From the NCBI GenBank assembly GCA_033763315.1, contig JANRKS010000009.1:224001-288000 (forward strand): a stretch of 64,000 nt of DNA, read 5' to 3'. Positions 1 through 9,582 of the stretch are shown here, in pieces (position 1 is the first letter of the stretch; each line of letters begins with the position of its first letter). The translations under genes were made by a program, and so were the position numbers. This DNA is from Deltaproteobacteria bacterium. Its GTDB lineage: Bacteria; Myxococcota_A; Polyangia; Fen-1088. The notes under the pieces were generated by a model. That model ran no database searches, was not told the DNA's origin, and worked only from the letters and a program-made list of their open reading frames with translations.

Positions 1-2
1 CG

Positions 3-350
3 TTGCCGTCGTTGGTGCTGTGGGCCCTGGCGCCGAAGCCGCCCGAGAACGAGGCTTTGTTCGCGTTTGCCGGCAGCGCGTTCATGACTGTCACCGTGTG
101 GCTCACGCTGCTGATGGCCGTGGGCGCGTTGTTTGCGTTCGTCCGTGGGCGCGCGGTGGGGGCGTGCTTCTTGATCGCTGCCGCCGCATCCGTGGTGTTT
201 GCGCGGCTAACGATGGGCGCCCAAGTGGCGTCATCGCCGGTGGCTTTGCAGGCTTTGGTTCTGGGCGCCACAACCGTTGCGCCGCTGGCGTTGTGCGGGG
301 CCGTGCTGCCGATCGCCGGCCCCGTGTTCCGTTACCTACGTGGCCGCTAA
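3..350 (+). CDS. Membrane protein, 3' fragment (truncated by window edge)
   Basis: Frame open from the window start, with 3-4 hydrophobic segments; stop overlaps the convergent hppA stop. Confidence 0.55.
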   Translation: MPSLVLWALAPKPPENEALFAFAGSAFMTVTVWLTLLMAVGALFAFVRGRAVGACFLIAAAASVVFARLTMGAQVASSPVALQALVLGATTVAPLALCGAVLPIAGPVFRYLRGR

Positions 351-2827
351 GCTTGCACTTCGTGTGCGGCGGCCGGCTCGGTGTTGCGGATGCGCATGCC
401 GTAAAACGATCGCCACACAAAGAACATACCCAACAGCAAAAAGCCACCCGCCAAGACGGCTGAAAGCGTGCGCTGCAGGTGGACGGCCATCTCCACCGCC
501 AGCAAACCAAACAGCGTGGTGAACTTGATGATCGGGTTCATCGCCACCGATGAGGTGTCTTTGAACGGATCGCCCACGGTGTCCCCCACAACACAAGCGT
601 CATGCAACGGCGTGCCTTTTTGCTTGAGATCCACTTCCACCAATTTCTTGGCGTTGTCCCAGGCCCCACCGGCGTTCGCCATAAACACAGCTTGGAACAA
701 CCCAAACAAGGCGATCGACACCAAGTAACCGATGAAGAAGTAGGGCTCCATGCAGGCGTAGGCGAGGGTGCTGAAGAACACCGCCAAGAAGATGTTGAAC
801 ATGCCTTTTTGCGCGTACTGGGTGCAGATCTCCACCACGCGTTTGCTGTCTTTGGTGGATGCGCGTTCGGCCGATTCCAGGTTGATGTTCGCCTTGATAA
901 ATTCCACCGCGCGGTAGGCGCCCGTGGTCACAGCTTGCGTGGAAGCGCCCGTGAACCAATAAATGGTTGAGCCGCCAGTTATAAGGCCCAGCAAGAACGG
1001 CGGGTGCAAGAGCGATAGGTTGCCGATGAGCTCGGGCTTTAGCCCCTGGGTCAGCATCATCACGATGGAGAAAATCATCGTGGTTGATCCCACCACCGCG
1101 GTGCCGATCAACACAGGTTTGGCCGTGGCCTTGAACGTGTTGCCGGCGCCGTCGTTGCTCTCCAGCAGGAACTTCGCTTTCTCGAAGTCCACTGTGAAGT
1201 TGTGGTGCTTCTTCAAGTCTTCTTCGATGCCAGGAATGGTTTCGATCAACGACAGTTCATAAACCGACTGCGCGTTGTCGGTCACTGGCCCATACGAATC
1301 CACCGCGATGGTCACGGGCCCCATACCCAGAAAGCCAAAGGCCACGAGGCCGAACGCGAAGATGGCTTCGGCCATCATCAACGATGAAAGCCCCATGCTG
1401 CTAAACCACAACGCCGATGCCATCAGGCCCACCAGCACCAAACCCATCCAGTAAGCGCTGAAGTTGCCCGCGGTGAGGCCGGAGAGAATGTTCAACGAAG
1501 GCCCGCCCTCACGCGACGCCGTCACCACCTCTTTTACGTGCAGCGATTCGGTGGAGGTGAACACTTTGGTGACTTCGGGGATCGCCGCCCCCGCCAAGGT
1601 GCCGCAACTGATGATGCACGAAAGCTTCCACCACAGCGTGCCGTCGCCCAGCTCGGGGATCAGCAGGTAAGAAACCAGGTAAGTCATGCCGATCGACACC
1701 AGCGACGTCAGCCACACCAAGTTCGTCAGTGGCTTTTCAAAATTCATGACCTTGGCGTTGCTGTACATCGCCTTCGCCACCGCTTCGTTGAGCAAGTAAG
1801 CCATGCCGCTGGCCACCACCATCATCACGCGGATCGCGAAGATCCACACCAGCAGGCGAACCTGCACCACGGGATCCGGAACCGCCAGCAGGATGAATGA
1901 GATGAGCGCCACGCCCGTCACGCCGTAGGTTTCGAAGCCGTCGGCACTGGGGCCCACCGAATCGCCCGCGTTGTCCCCTGTGCAATCCGCGATGACGCCG
2001 GGGTTGCGGGCGTCGTCTTCTTTGATCTTGAAAGCGATCTTCATCAGGTCAGATCCGATGTCGGCAATCTTCGTGAAGATACCGCCCGCGATGCGCAGGG
2101 CCGAGGCCCCCAGTGATTCGCCGATGGCAAAGCCTATGAAGCACGCGCCGGCGAAATCACCGGGCACGAACAGCAAAATCATCAGCATGATAAGAAGCTC
2201 CACGCTGATGAGCAGCATGCCGATGCTCATGCCCGCACGCAGCGGAATTGCATAAACAGGGTAGGGCTTGCCTTCCAGCGCCGCAAAGGCGGTGCGTGAG
2301 TTGGCAAACGTGTTTACGCGTATGCCGAACCAAGCCACACCATAACTGCCGCCAATGCCCACCAGCGAGAACAGCAAAATCACCAGCACGCGCGTCGCGC
2401 TTTCGCCCATCAGCAGCCCGAAATACACCACCAAGATGGCGCCGATGAACACCTCCAGCAGCAAAATGAATTTGCCTTGCGTGATGAGGTACGTCTTGCA
2501 GGTTTCCCAAATCAGCGTGGATACGTCCCTCATCGACTTGTGCACCGGCAAGCGTTGCAACTGCTTGTAGATCACCAAGCCGAACAACAGGCCCGCGGCG
2601 CATATGAGCAGGCCGCCCAGCAGCAGCTTGTCACCAGCGATGCCGCCCAAAAACGTGACCTGCGATAGATCAGGCAGGCGAAGCGACGCTTCACCTCCGC
2701 CCTGTCTTGCGAGCTCCGCCGCGTGCGCCCGGTGGGACTGCCCCAGAATCCAAGCCACCACCAACCCCGCCCACGCCAAGAACTTGACCCCGCGAGTCGC
2801 CCCCCACACCACTGTGTTTTTTTTCAT
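347..2827 (-). CDS. hppA: Membrane-bound H+-translocating pyrophosphatase, K+-independent, long divergent type
   Basis: GGIFTKIADIGSDL, EDDARNPGVIADCTGDNAGD, DSYGPVTDNA, GNTFKA (Lys = K+-independent determinant), GGAWDNAKK, GDTVGDPFKD; about 16 TM segments; 826 aa. Confidence 0.97.
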   Translation of the reverse strand: MKKNTVVWGATRGVKFLAWAGLVVAWILGQSHRAHAAELARQGGGEASLRLPDLSQVTFLGGIAGDKLLLGGLLICAAGLLFGLVIYKQLQRLPVHKSMRDVSTLIWETCKTYLITQGKFILLLEVFIGAILVVYFGLLMGESATRVLVILLFSLVGIGGSYGVAWFGIRVNTFANSRTAFAALEGKPYPVYAIPLRAGMSIGMLLISVELLIMLMILLFVPGDFAGACFIGFAIGESLGASALRIAGGIFTKIADIGSDLMKIAFKIKEDDARNPGVIADCTGDNAGDSVGPSADGFETYGVTGVALISFILLAVPDPVVQVRLLVWIFAIRVMMVVASGMAYLLNEAVAKAMYSNAKVMNFEKPLTNLVWLTSLVSIGMTYLVSYLLIPELGDGTLWWKLSCIISCGTLAGAAIPEVTKVFTSTESLHVKEVVTASREGGPSLNILSGLTAGNFSAYWMGLVLVGLMASALWFSSMGLSSLMMAEAIFAFGLVAFGFLGMGPVTIAVDSYGPVTDNAQSVYELSLIETIPGIEEDLKKHHNFTVDFEKAKFLLESNDGAGNTFKATAKPVLIGTAVVGSTTMIFSIVMMLTQGLKPELIGNLSLLHPPFLLGLITGGSTIYWFTGASTQAVTTGAYRAVEFIKANINLESAERASTKDSKRVVEICTQYAQKGMFNIFLAVFFSTLAYACMEPYFFIGYLVSIALFGLFQAVFMANAGGAWDNAKKLVEVDLKQKGTPLHDACVVGDTVGDPFKDTSSVAMNPIIKFTTLFGLLAVEMAVHLQRTLSAVLAGGFLLLGMFFVWRSFYGMRIRNTEPAAAHEVQA

Positions 2828-2867
2828 TCCGTCTCGAGGCGATCCTCTACTCGGATGAGAATTATTG

Positions 2868-3428
2868 CTAGTCGTTTGCCTTCAAAACAACCAAGCGATA
2901 GTTTTGATACCCAGCCTGCCCACAGGAGTAGAGGATCTCAGTCAGTAATCTGTAGGGGGTGCTCGCGTCAGCTATCACCATCAGCTGGGACTCAAAGGTT
3001 TGGCCGGTGAGTTCGGCCACTTTTTGCTCTTTGCGGTGGTACTTCTCAAGGATCTCCACCAGCGGCGTGATGTAGTAGCCGTTCTCGCCATCACGCTTGA
3101 GCGTGGGGTCAACCTTGCCCTGGTTGATGGGGGCCACAGCATCGCCTTCGACCAACACCACGTTCTTTGTAATGGTGACGCCGATGGCTTCGCGCGCCGC
3201 CAATTGAGTGTTGCTGGGGGGAAGCTTTAAGTGCTCGTCAAACTTGATGGCACCGGCGCTTGATGAAAACGACTTCAACAAGAACACCAAGATGATGGTC
3301 ATCATGTCCATCATGGGCGTGATGTTCAGGTCCTTGACCGTTTCGGGCTCGGCTAAGCGTCGCGCGAACGCACGAATGGCCTTTTTACCCTCTAAACGGC
3401 TGAACTCTTCACCTGAGGCAAGCGACAT
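2868..3428 (-). CDS. ExbD/TolR family protein (AglS-like)
   Basis: LNITPMMDMMTIILVFLL TM helix with the conserved Asp; C-terminal IADASTPY motif. Confidence 0.9.
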   Translation of the reverse strand: MSLASGEEFSRLEGKKAIRAFARRLAEPETVKDLNITPMMDMMTIILVFLLKSFSSSAGAIKFDEHLKLPPSNTQLAAREAIGVTITKNVVLVEGDAVAPINQGKVDPTLKRDGENGYYITPLVEILEKYHRKEQKVAELTGQTFESQLMVIADASTPYRLLTEILYSCGQAGYQNYRLVVLKAND

Positions 3429-3437
3429 GGAGTCTCC

Positions 3438-3953
3438 TCACAAAATACCGGCTGAGAAAACCACGTCTGGGAACATCAGATTGTGGTTCGTGTCTTCGCG
3501 CATGGCATCCAGAGTCTCGACCACGATCCGATACTCGGTGCCAGCGTCTGCATTGAACGTGGCCTTGGTTTCGTCGGGGAACTCTTTTTTGATCTCCATG
3601 AGCTTGGTGGTCAGGCCCTTGTAGTCGTAAATCTCGCCCTTCTTAGGGATGATCGGCATCACACCACCCGAGGCGGCGATGATGAAGCCTTTGGCGCCTG
3701 CGGTGATCGTGAGGTTCAAGGGGGGCTTTTCAGGTTCTTCCTGAGCCGCGCCGCCACCGCTGCCAATCGTGGGCAACGAGACGTTCACGTTGCCGAGCGC
3801 GATCGAGTTAACGACCGAAGCCAACAAGAAGATGATGATGTTCGTCACAATGTCCATGTAAGGGACAAGGTTCAATTCCCCCGTCTCTTCTTCGGCCTCT
3901 TCAGCGTGCTCTCGCATGCGCCTCATGGCTGCGCGGACTTGGCGTCTGGTCAT
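3438..3953 (-). CDS. ExbD/TolR family protein (AglQ-like)
   Basis: ELNLVPYMDIVTNIIIFLL TM helix with Asp; NADAGTEYRIVVETLDAMR motif. Confidence 0.9.
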   Translation of the reverse strand: MTRRQVRAAMRRMREHAEEAEEETGELNLVPYMDIVTNIIIFLLASVVNSIALGNVNVSLPTIGSGGGAAQEEPEKPPLNLTITAGAKGFIIAASGGVMPIIPKKGEIYDYKGLTTKLMEIKKEFPDETKATFNADAGTEYRIVVETLDAMREDTNHNLMFPDVVFSAGIL

Positions 3954-4032
3954 CTTCGGTGGCTCGCGTGTGCAAAAAGAAAAGTGAAAGGCAAAGTGAA
4001 AGGGCCGGCACCTGCCGACCCCGGTTCACTGT

Positions 4033-4671
4033 TTAGGCGGCGCCGCCGCCCTTAGACGATTCTGCCAACAGATTCTCAAGCTTCATCGAGAAGCCTTCCA
4101 AATCGGAGACCTGCTTCTTTGAGGCAGCCGAGAAGAAAGCGTGGGCGATGATGCACGTAACGGCGATCGACAACCCCATGGCCGTGTTGTTCAAAGCTTC
4201 AGAAATACCTTCTGAGAGCACCGCGGTGCGCTCTTCAGGTTTCGCTGCAGCCACAGCGCCGAATGACTTAATCAAACCGGCAACCGTACCCAACAAGCCG
4301 ATCAAGGTGGCGATGTTCGCGATGGACCACAACACCTGGACGCGCTTCTTCAACATAGGGCTAACGTCGACCAACGTTTCCTCGATGGCCTGCGCGATGG
4401 CAAGTTCACCGCGGTGCACGCGCTGAAGAGCTGCTTTGGCAACGTGAGCCACGGGAGCGCCGGTGGCAGAACAGAGCTTCACGGCCCGGTCCACGTTGTT
4501 TGCCAACACGAGCTTGCGAATCTGCTCCAAGAACGCCTTGGCGTTCACGCTGGCTTTCACCAGGAAGTAGATCGCCCTGTCCACGATGATCGCGATGGTG
4601 ACCACCGAGCACAGGAGGTTGATGTACATGAAGAAGCCGCCCTTCTCCAAAAACTCCGAAATTGCTTGCAT
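4033..4671 (-). CDS. MotA/TolQ/ExbB proton channel family protein (AglR-like)
   Basis: ANIATLIGLLGTVAGLIKSF and GISEALNNTAMGL motifs; GAGG RBS. Confidence 0.93.
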   Translation of the reverse strand: MQAISEFLEKGGFFMYINLLCSVVTIAIIVDRAIYFLVKASVNAKAFLEQIRKLVLANNVDRAVKLCSATGAPVAHVAKAALQRVHRGELAIAQAIEETLVDVSPMLKKRVQVLWSIANIATLIGLLGTVAGLIKSFGAVAAAKPEERTAVLSEGISEALNNTAMGLSIAVTCIIAHAFFSAASKKQVSDLEGFSMKLENLLAESSKGGGAA

Positions 4672-4773
4672 TTCATCCTCCGCGAGCGCAAGCGCCCGCT
4701 TTCGTTGGCTCCCACAGACCGGGTTGGCGTTGTTGCAACATGCACCTAGAAAACTGGTCTAACGCCGTTCGCT

Positions 4774-4801
4774 ATCTTAACGATCGCGTCATAAGTGTCA
4801 A
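4774..4801 (-). promoter_or_regulatory. Sigma70-type promoter for the tolQ-tolR-tolR(-hppA) cluster
   Basis: Minus strand TTGACA (4796-4801), 16 nt, TAAGAT (4774-4779), about 100 nt upstream of the start codon. Confidence 0.7.
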
Positions 4802-5109
4802 GACATTGGCGAACGGACATCAACCGATAACTCAGTAATTTTTTTTGCGTTTTTGCCCGGCAGGAGGTCGGCTTTTGCAGGCTGTTATCCCACCTAGCGA
4901 CTCCGCGCAGCGAATTCGTAACGACCACCACACATCGATTCGGGGTCAAAGCTGCGCGGCACAGGCCGGGCGGTTTTGCACGTTCTATGGGGTTGTTGTT
5001 TTTGGCCGACTGCATCCGAGCAACTGATGTTTTCGGTCGGACCCCACGCGAGCTTTAAGCTCGTTTTCACATTTGTGGCCCGAATCGAAACGTTGGGCCC
5101 ACCGGGGGT

Positions 5110-7680
5110 TCAAAACTGCGGATCGGCAAAACTGCCAGCGGCCGCGGGACCGCGAAAGTTGGGTGGCAAGGTGCCCCGCTTGATCGGCACCAAGCGGCTA
5201 CGCGGGTTTGTTGGCGTGGCGGGCAACCCTTTGTCGGCGTCGGCGCGCACGAAGATAATGCCGGGCGGGATTTTGAAGTCCTGCACGGGCTCGTCGCGGA
5301 GGGCATCTGTCATGAAGTCGATCCAGATCGGCAAGGCAGCGTGACCGCCGGTCATGTCGTGGCCTATGGGCTTAAAGTCATCGCGACCCACCCAAACGCC
5401 GCAAAGAAGGCTGGGAGTGAAGCCAACGAACCAAGCGTCGCGATAATTGTTGGAGGTGCCCGTCTTGCCCGCCACAGGTCGGCCCAGCGCCTTCGCCTTG
5501 CGAGCCGTTCCTTCCTCGGTCACCGCGCGCATCATGTCTGTGAGCACGAACGCCGTTTCGGGTGACACCACCTGGGGCTCATCCGCCCCGGCTTTTGTGC
5601 CGCGGTTGTCCTCAAGCGTTTTGCCTTCGGCGTCGGTGATGCGCAGGATCGAAAGCGGTGACACGCGGCGGCCGCCTGCGGGAAACGACGCCATGGCGTA
5701 TGCCAGCTCCTCAAGGCTTAGATCCGCGGAGCCTAGGGCCAGCGACAACGCTTGTGGCAGCTTCGATTTTACGCCCGCGTGGCGCATCAACTCGATGAGG
5801 CGGCCAACGCCAAACTGCGCGGTCAATTGGGCTGCGACCGTGTTGATGCTCTTCGCCAGCGCCGTTCGCAGGGTGACCGCGCCAAGAAAGGTTGGCTTGT
5901 AATTGTGTGGTGCCCAAACCCCGCTTGACGTGTGGAACTTCACGGGCACGTCGTAGCGGATCGTGATCTGCGTGAGCCCCGATTCCAAAGCGGCGCCGTA
6001 GATGAAGGGTTTGATGGCAGAGCCAATCTGCCGCCGCGCTTGGCGTGCGCGGTTGAATTGGCTTTGTTGATAATCATACCCGCCCACCATCGCCAGCAAC
6101 TGGCCGTTGGTGGGATCAAGTGCGACCAAAGCGGCCTGCACCGAAGGTGCCACGGACAAGCGCGCCTTGATGACCACGGGGGCTGGCTTTTTCGGCCGCG
6201 GGGTGGGCGGCTCTTCAATGTTGAAGAACACAGGCAATACATCGCCGACCGCCAAGCTTTGGCCCTGCTCACCACGCCACGACAACGCACGCGTTTCATC
6301 TTCGGGATTGAGCGTGGCCTGCAGGCGACCTGACGCCAAGCTGACTTTGCGGCCCAAGCCGGTGATCACGGCGGCGTAAGTGGTATCGGGGTCAAAGTCA
6401 GGTGGCAGCGTGGCCGTCTTGTTTTTCGCGGCGGCTTGGCGAGCGGCCGCCCACGCTTCCCCCGCCACAAACTGCGCGACTTTGGGGTTTAGAACCGCGC
6501 CGGGCGTGGTGGCATCGATCTCGGCGGTGCGCACGTTCGCGGGCACCACCAGCCGGCCCGCTTGTTCGTCATCATCCACGTTGAACCCCGCCGGCCCGAA
6601 TGGCCGTGGCGAGCCCGCTTGCATGCGCGTGCGGTCTTGCGGCAACAACTTGCCGATGGGGCCTTTGAACGAAAGCTTACGCTCCAGATCCTCGAGGCCA
6701 CGTCGCAAAGCCGCCTCCGCTGCGCGTTGCTTGCGCATGATGAGCGTGGTGTAGATGCGCAGGCCACGCGCCAGCAGATCCTCGTCGCCGTATTGCTCTG
6801 CCACGTATTGTCGAATGGCTTCGGTGAAGTAGGGGGCTGCCACGTTACGCAGGGCCTTGCCGGTGGACACCAGGATGAGCGGCTCCTTATAGGCCGCGTC
6901 CTTCTGCGCGGCGGTGAGAAAGCCCAGCTCCTGCATTTGCCCCAGCACGTAAGCTTGGCGCGCCTTGGCCCGGTTGAAGTCGCGAAACGGCGTCGAGCGA
7001 CCAGGCGCTTTCGGCATCGCGGCCAACATCGCCGCCTCAGCGGCCGACAGGTCATCCACCCGTTTGCCAAAGTAAGCCCCCGCCGCGGCTTCGATGCCAT
7101 AGGCGCCGTGCCCCAAGTACACGTGGTTCAGGTAGATGCCGAGGATCTGGTCTTTGTTCAGCCGGTCCTCAATGCGGTGGGCCAGCATCGCTTCGCGGAT
7201 CTTGCGCGCCAGCGAGCGCTCTTGGCCCACAATCAGAAGCTTGGCCACCTGTTGCGTGATGGTGGACCCCCCTTGCACCACTTGACCGGCGCGCACGTTG
7301 GCCACGGCGGCCCGCAAAATGCCCAGGTAGTCGATGCCGCCGTGGCTGTAAAACCGCACGTCTTCTGCGGCCACAAACGCTTGCCGTACCGTGAGCGGAA
7401 CACGTTCGATAGGGACCAGCGTGCGCTTTTCAACGAAGAATTCACCGATCACTTCGCCCTCGGCGCTCAGCAGTTGGCTGGCACGCAAGGGGCGGTAATC
7501 TGTGAGCACCGAAAGGTTCGACGGCAAATCGTCGCGAAAGCTCCGGTACACCCACAGCCCCAAGCCCATGAACAACAAGCACGCACCCAGGGTGCTGAGC
7601 AGCGCGATGCGCAGGCAGGCGGCAAGAAAACCACGCACGCGTGAACGAAAACTTGTATTCCGCGCTTCCACCGCCACCAT
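5110..7680 (-). CDS. mrcA: Penicillin-binding protein 1A (class A transglycosylase/transpeptidase)
   Basis: GT51 motifs EDVRFYSHGG, QGGSTITQQ, RKIRE; TP motifs SAIK, SIN, KTGT. Start trimmed to ATG 7680 to avoid overlap with the divergent gene. Confidence 0.93.
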   Translation of the reverse strand: MVAVEARNTSFRSRVRGFLAACLRIALLSTLGACLLFMGLGLWVYRSFRDDLPSNLSVLTDYRPLRASQLLSAEGEVIGEFFVEKRTLVPIERVPLTVRQAFVAAEDVRFYSHGGIDYLGILRAAVANVRAGQVVQGGSTITQQVAKLLIVGQERSLARKIREAMLAHRIEDRLNKDQILGIYLNHVYLGHGAYGIEAAAGAYFGKRVDDLSAAEAAMLAAMPKAPGRSTPFRDFNRAKARQAYVLGQMQELGFLTAAQKDAAYKEPLILVSTGKALRNVAAPYFTEAIRQYVAEQYGDEDLLARGLRIYTTLIMRKQRAAEAALRRGLEDLERKLSFKGPIGKLLPQDRTRMQAGSPRPFGPAGFNVDDDEQAGRLVVPANVRTAEIDATTPGAVLNPKVAQFVAGEAWAAARQAAAKNKTATLPPDFDPDTTYAAVITGLGRKVSLASGRLQATLNPEDETRALSWRGEQGQSLAVGDVLPVFFNIEEPPTPRPKKPAPVVIKARLSVAPSVQAALVALDPTNGQLLAMVGGYDYQQSQFNRARQARRQIGSAIKPFIYGAALESGLTQITIRYDVPVKFHTSSGVWAPHNYKPTFLGAVTLRTALAKSINTVAAQLTAQFGVGRLIELMRHAGVKSKLPQALSLALGSADLSLEELAYAMASFPAGGRRVSPLSILRITDAEGKTLEDNRGTKAGADEPQVVSPETAFVLTDMMRAVTEEGTARKAKALGRPVAGKTGTSNNYRDAWFVGFTPSLLCGVWVGRDDFKPIGHDMTGGHAALPIWIDFMTDALRDEPVQDFKIPPGIIFVRADADKGLPATPTNPRSRLVPIKRGTLPPNFRGPAAAGSFADPQF

Positions 7681-7686
7681 TCGTCT

Positions 7687-9582
7687 ATGAGCCGCGTAGC
7701 CGCGCTCGTCAATTTTGGTGTTGTCATGTGTTGCTTTGGAGCCGCAAGGCCCGAGGTTTGTCTGGCGGCCGGCGACGCGGGTGTAAGCAAAGCGGGTGGC
7801 CCGGATGCCCTCGCACCAGCCATGTCGAAAGAACCTCCCGACGCTGTGGCCGCCGCAGGCGTGCGGCACGCGCCGTCGGGCGAAGGTTTCGTGGTGGAGG
7901 CGTTCGCCAACAAAGACAACGTGGGGTCACTTCGTTACCTCGAAGCCGGCCTGCCCGTGTTTTTGGCGGACCGCTTGTGGAACTGGAAGCCGCTGCGGTT
8001 CGTGGGGCCATCCTCAGTGCTGGCGCCGGTGGCGGCAGCGGCGAAACCCGCGCCCGGCGCCGTCGTCCCGCCCGTCGTCATCACCGAAGAGCCCAAGTTG
8101 CGTATCGTCGGCTGGTTCGAGAAGCGTCCGGGGCTGCGTCTGGCCATCTTCGTGCAAGTGCAAACGGGCAGCGAAACTGGCCATGAGGTGGTGGCCGCGG
8201 CGGCGCGTGAATGCAACCGCCAACAAGCGCCTGAGATGGCGCTGGCCGCCACCTTGGAAGCGTTGGCCAGGGTCCCGGGCTTGTCGTTGGCCGCGCCGAC
8301 CAAACAAAGCGCGGCGCCGTTTGCGCGCGATCCTTACGCGTTCGTTTTGTACTCGCGAGGCCTCTTGGCATACTTGGGCCTGGGCGGCGTCAAACGGTCA
8401 GTGGAGTCAGCGCAAAAATGGTTGGTGCGTGCGTTGCTCATTGATCCGCGCGTGCCTGAGACGCGGCGCTATTTGGCCGTGGCACAGCTGGACGGGGGCA
8501 AGCCGAACCAAGCGAGGTCGTCGCTGGCCTTCGCGCTCGATGAACGCCCTGACTACGTTCCTGCCTTAATCACTTTGGCTGGCCTTGAAAAAGAAGCACG
8601 CGGATCGAATGCGTTGGTGTTGCACGAACGCCTGTTGGCGCTCGACCCAACGGCTTGGCGGGCCCGCAGCGCTTACGGTGAACTGCTTTATGAGGCGGGG
8701 AAATTTCCAGAGGCAAGGCGCGCGCTTGAGGTTGTGCTGCAACAAAGGCCCGACGATGCGGCGTCACGGCGCATTTTAACTTTGGTGCTGTCATCACAAC
8801 GCGCGGGCGCGGCCTTGGTGCACGAGTTTGAGGAGATCGTAAAGCTGGATCCGAACAATGTGGCGGCTCGGCTAGATTTGGCTGCCGCTTACATGAACGA
8901 AAACCGTTTGGCCGACGCAGCCAACACTTATGATTCGGTGCTTGAGCGGCAACCGCGCCACAAAGAGGCGCTTAAGTTCGCAGGCGATCTGTTGCGGCAG
9001 CAAGGCCAACTTGAGGAGGCCGCGAAGCGTTACGAGCGGTTGCGTCGGTTGGCACCAGATGACCCCCGCCCCGTGTTTTTGCTGGGCGCCCTTTACCATC
9101 AAGCGGGCAACCTTGCGGCCGCCGAACGCATGTTCACCGACGCGGCACAGTTCCCGCAGCTGCGCGCCGAAGCGTGGTCCAACTTGGGCGCGGTGATGGT
9201 GGAGCAAGGCCGCGCGAAGGAGGCACGTTGGTTGTTGATGAAGGCGGCGCAAAGCCGACCCAACAAGGCTTCAATTCGTTACAACTATGCGGTGCTGCTG
9301 CGCGCTTTGGATTTGCACGCCGACGCCTTAAATGAATTGCACGCGGCTTTGCAGGTGGATCCGGCCGATCCCCAGATCACGTTCGCTGCAGGCGTGGTGG
9401 CCCTGCGGCTTGGATTATTGCGGGAAGCTGAAGATCAGTTTCGCGCCACCTTGGCCCTGCAGCCATCTCACGCTGGGGCGTCGCACAACCTGAAGCTGTT
9501 GACCAAGGTCACGGGCGGCAAAGAAGAGATGGGAGCCGCAGGCGCTGTGCAGAAGATCTTGCCTCTGCAAAAGGTCAATTAG
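7687..9582 (+). CDS. Exported TPR-repeat protein
   Basis: N-terminal hydrophobic segment, alpha/beta domain, then about 10 TPR-like 34-aa repeats (e.g. AWSNLGAV, RYNYAVLL). Confidence 0.8.
   Translation: MSRVAALVNFGVVMCCFGAARPEVCLAAGDAGVSKAGGPDALAPAMSKEPPDAVAAAGVRHAPSGEGFVVEAFANKDNVGSLRYLEAGLPVFLADRLWNWKPLRFVGPSSVLAPVAAAAKPAPGAVVPPVVITEEPKLRIVGWFEKRPGLRLAIFVQVQTGSETGHEVVAAAARECNRQQAPEMALAATLEALARVPGLSLAAPTKQSAAPFARDPYAFVLYSRGLLAYLGLGGVKRSVESAQKWLVRALLIDPRVPETRRYLAVAQLDGGKPNQARSSLAFALDERPDYVPALITLAGLEKEARGSNALVLHERLLALDPTAWRARSAYGELLYEAGKFPEARRALEVVLQQRPDDAASRRILTLVLSSQRAGAALVHEFEEIVKLDPNNVAARLDLAAAYMNENRLADAANTYDSVLERQPRHKEALKFAGDLLRQQGQLEEAAKRYERLRRLAPDDPRPVFLLGALYHQAGNLAAAERMFTDAAQFPQLRAEAWSNLGAVMVEQGRAKEARWLLMKAAQSRPNKASIRYNYAVLLRALDLHADALNELHAALQVDPADPQITFAAGVVALRLGLLREAEDQFRATLALQPSHAGASHNLKLLTKVTGGKEEMGAAGAVQKILPLQKVN

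Noticed and set aside
4746-5015. 89-aa ORF upstream of the tolQ-like gene
   Set aside because: It overlaps the promoter, has no RBS and has an implausible composition
6562-7644. Long antisense or alternative-frame ORFs (also 24874-25809, 35547-36548, 36624-37589, 40177-41079, 44587-45471)
   Set aside because: Typical shadow ORFs of high-GC coding DNA with no recognisable motifs
7681-7869. Extended N-terminus of PBP1A from the ORF track (similar extensions at 11786, 15618, 42874 and 49603)
   Set aside because: These overlap neighbouring genes and lack family features; downstream starts fit better
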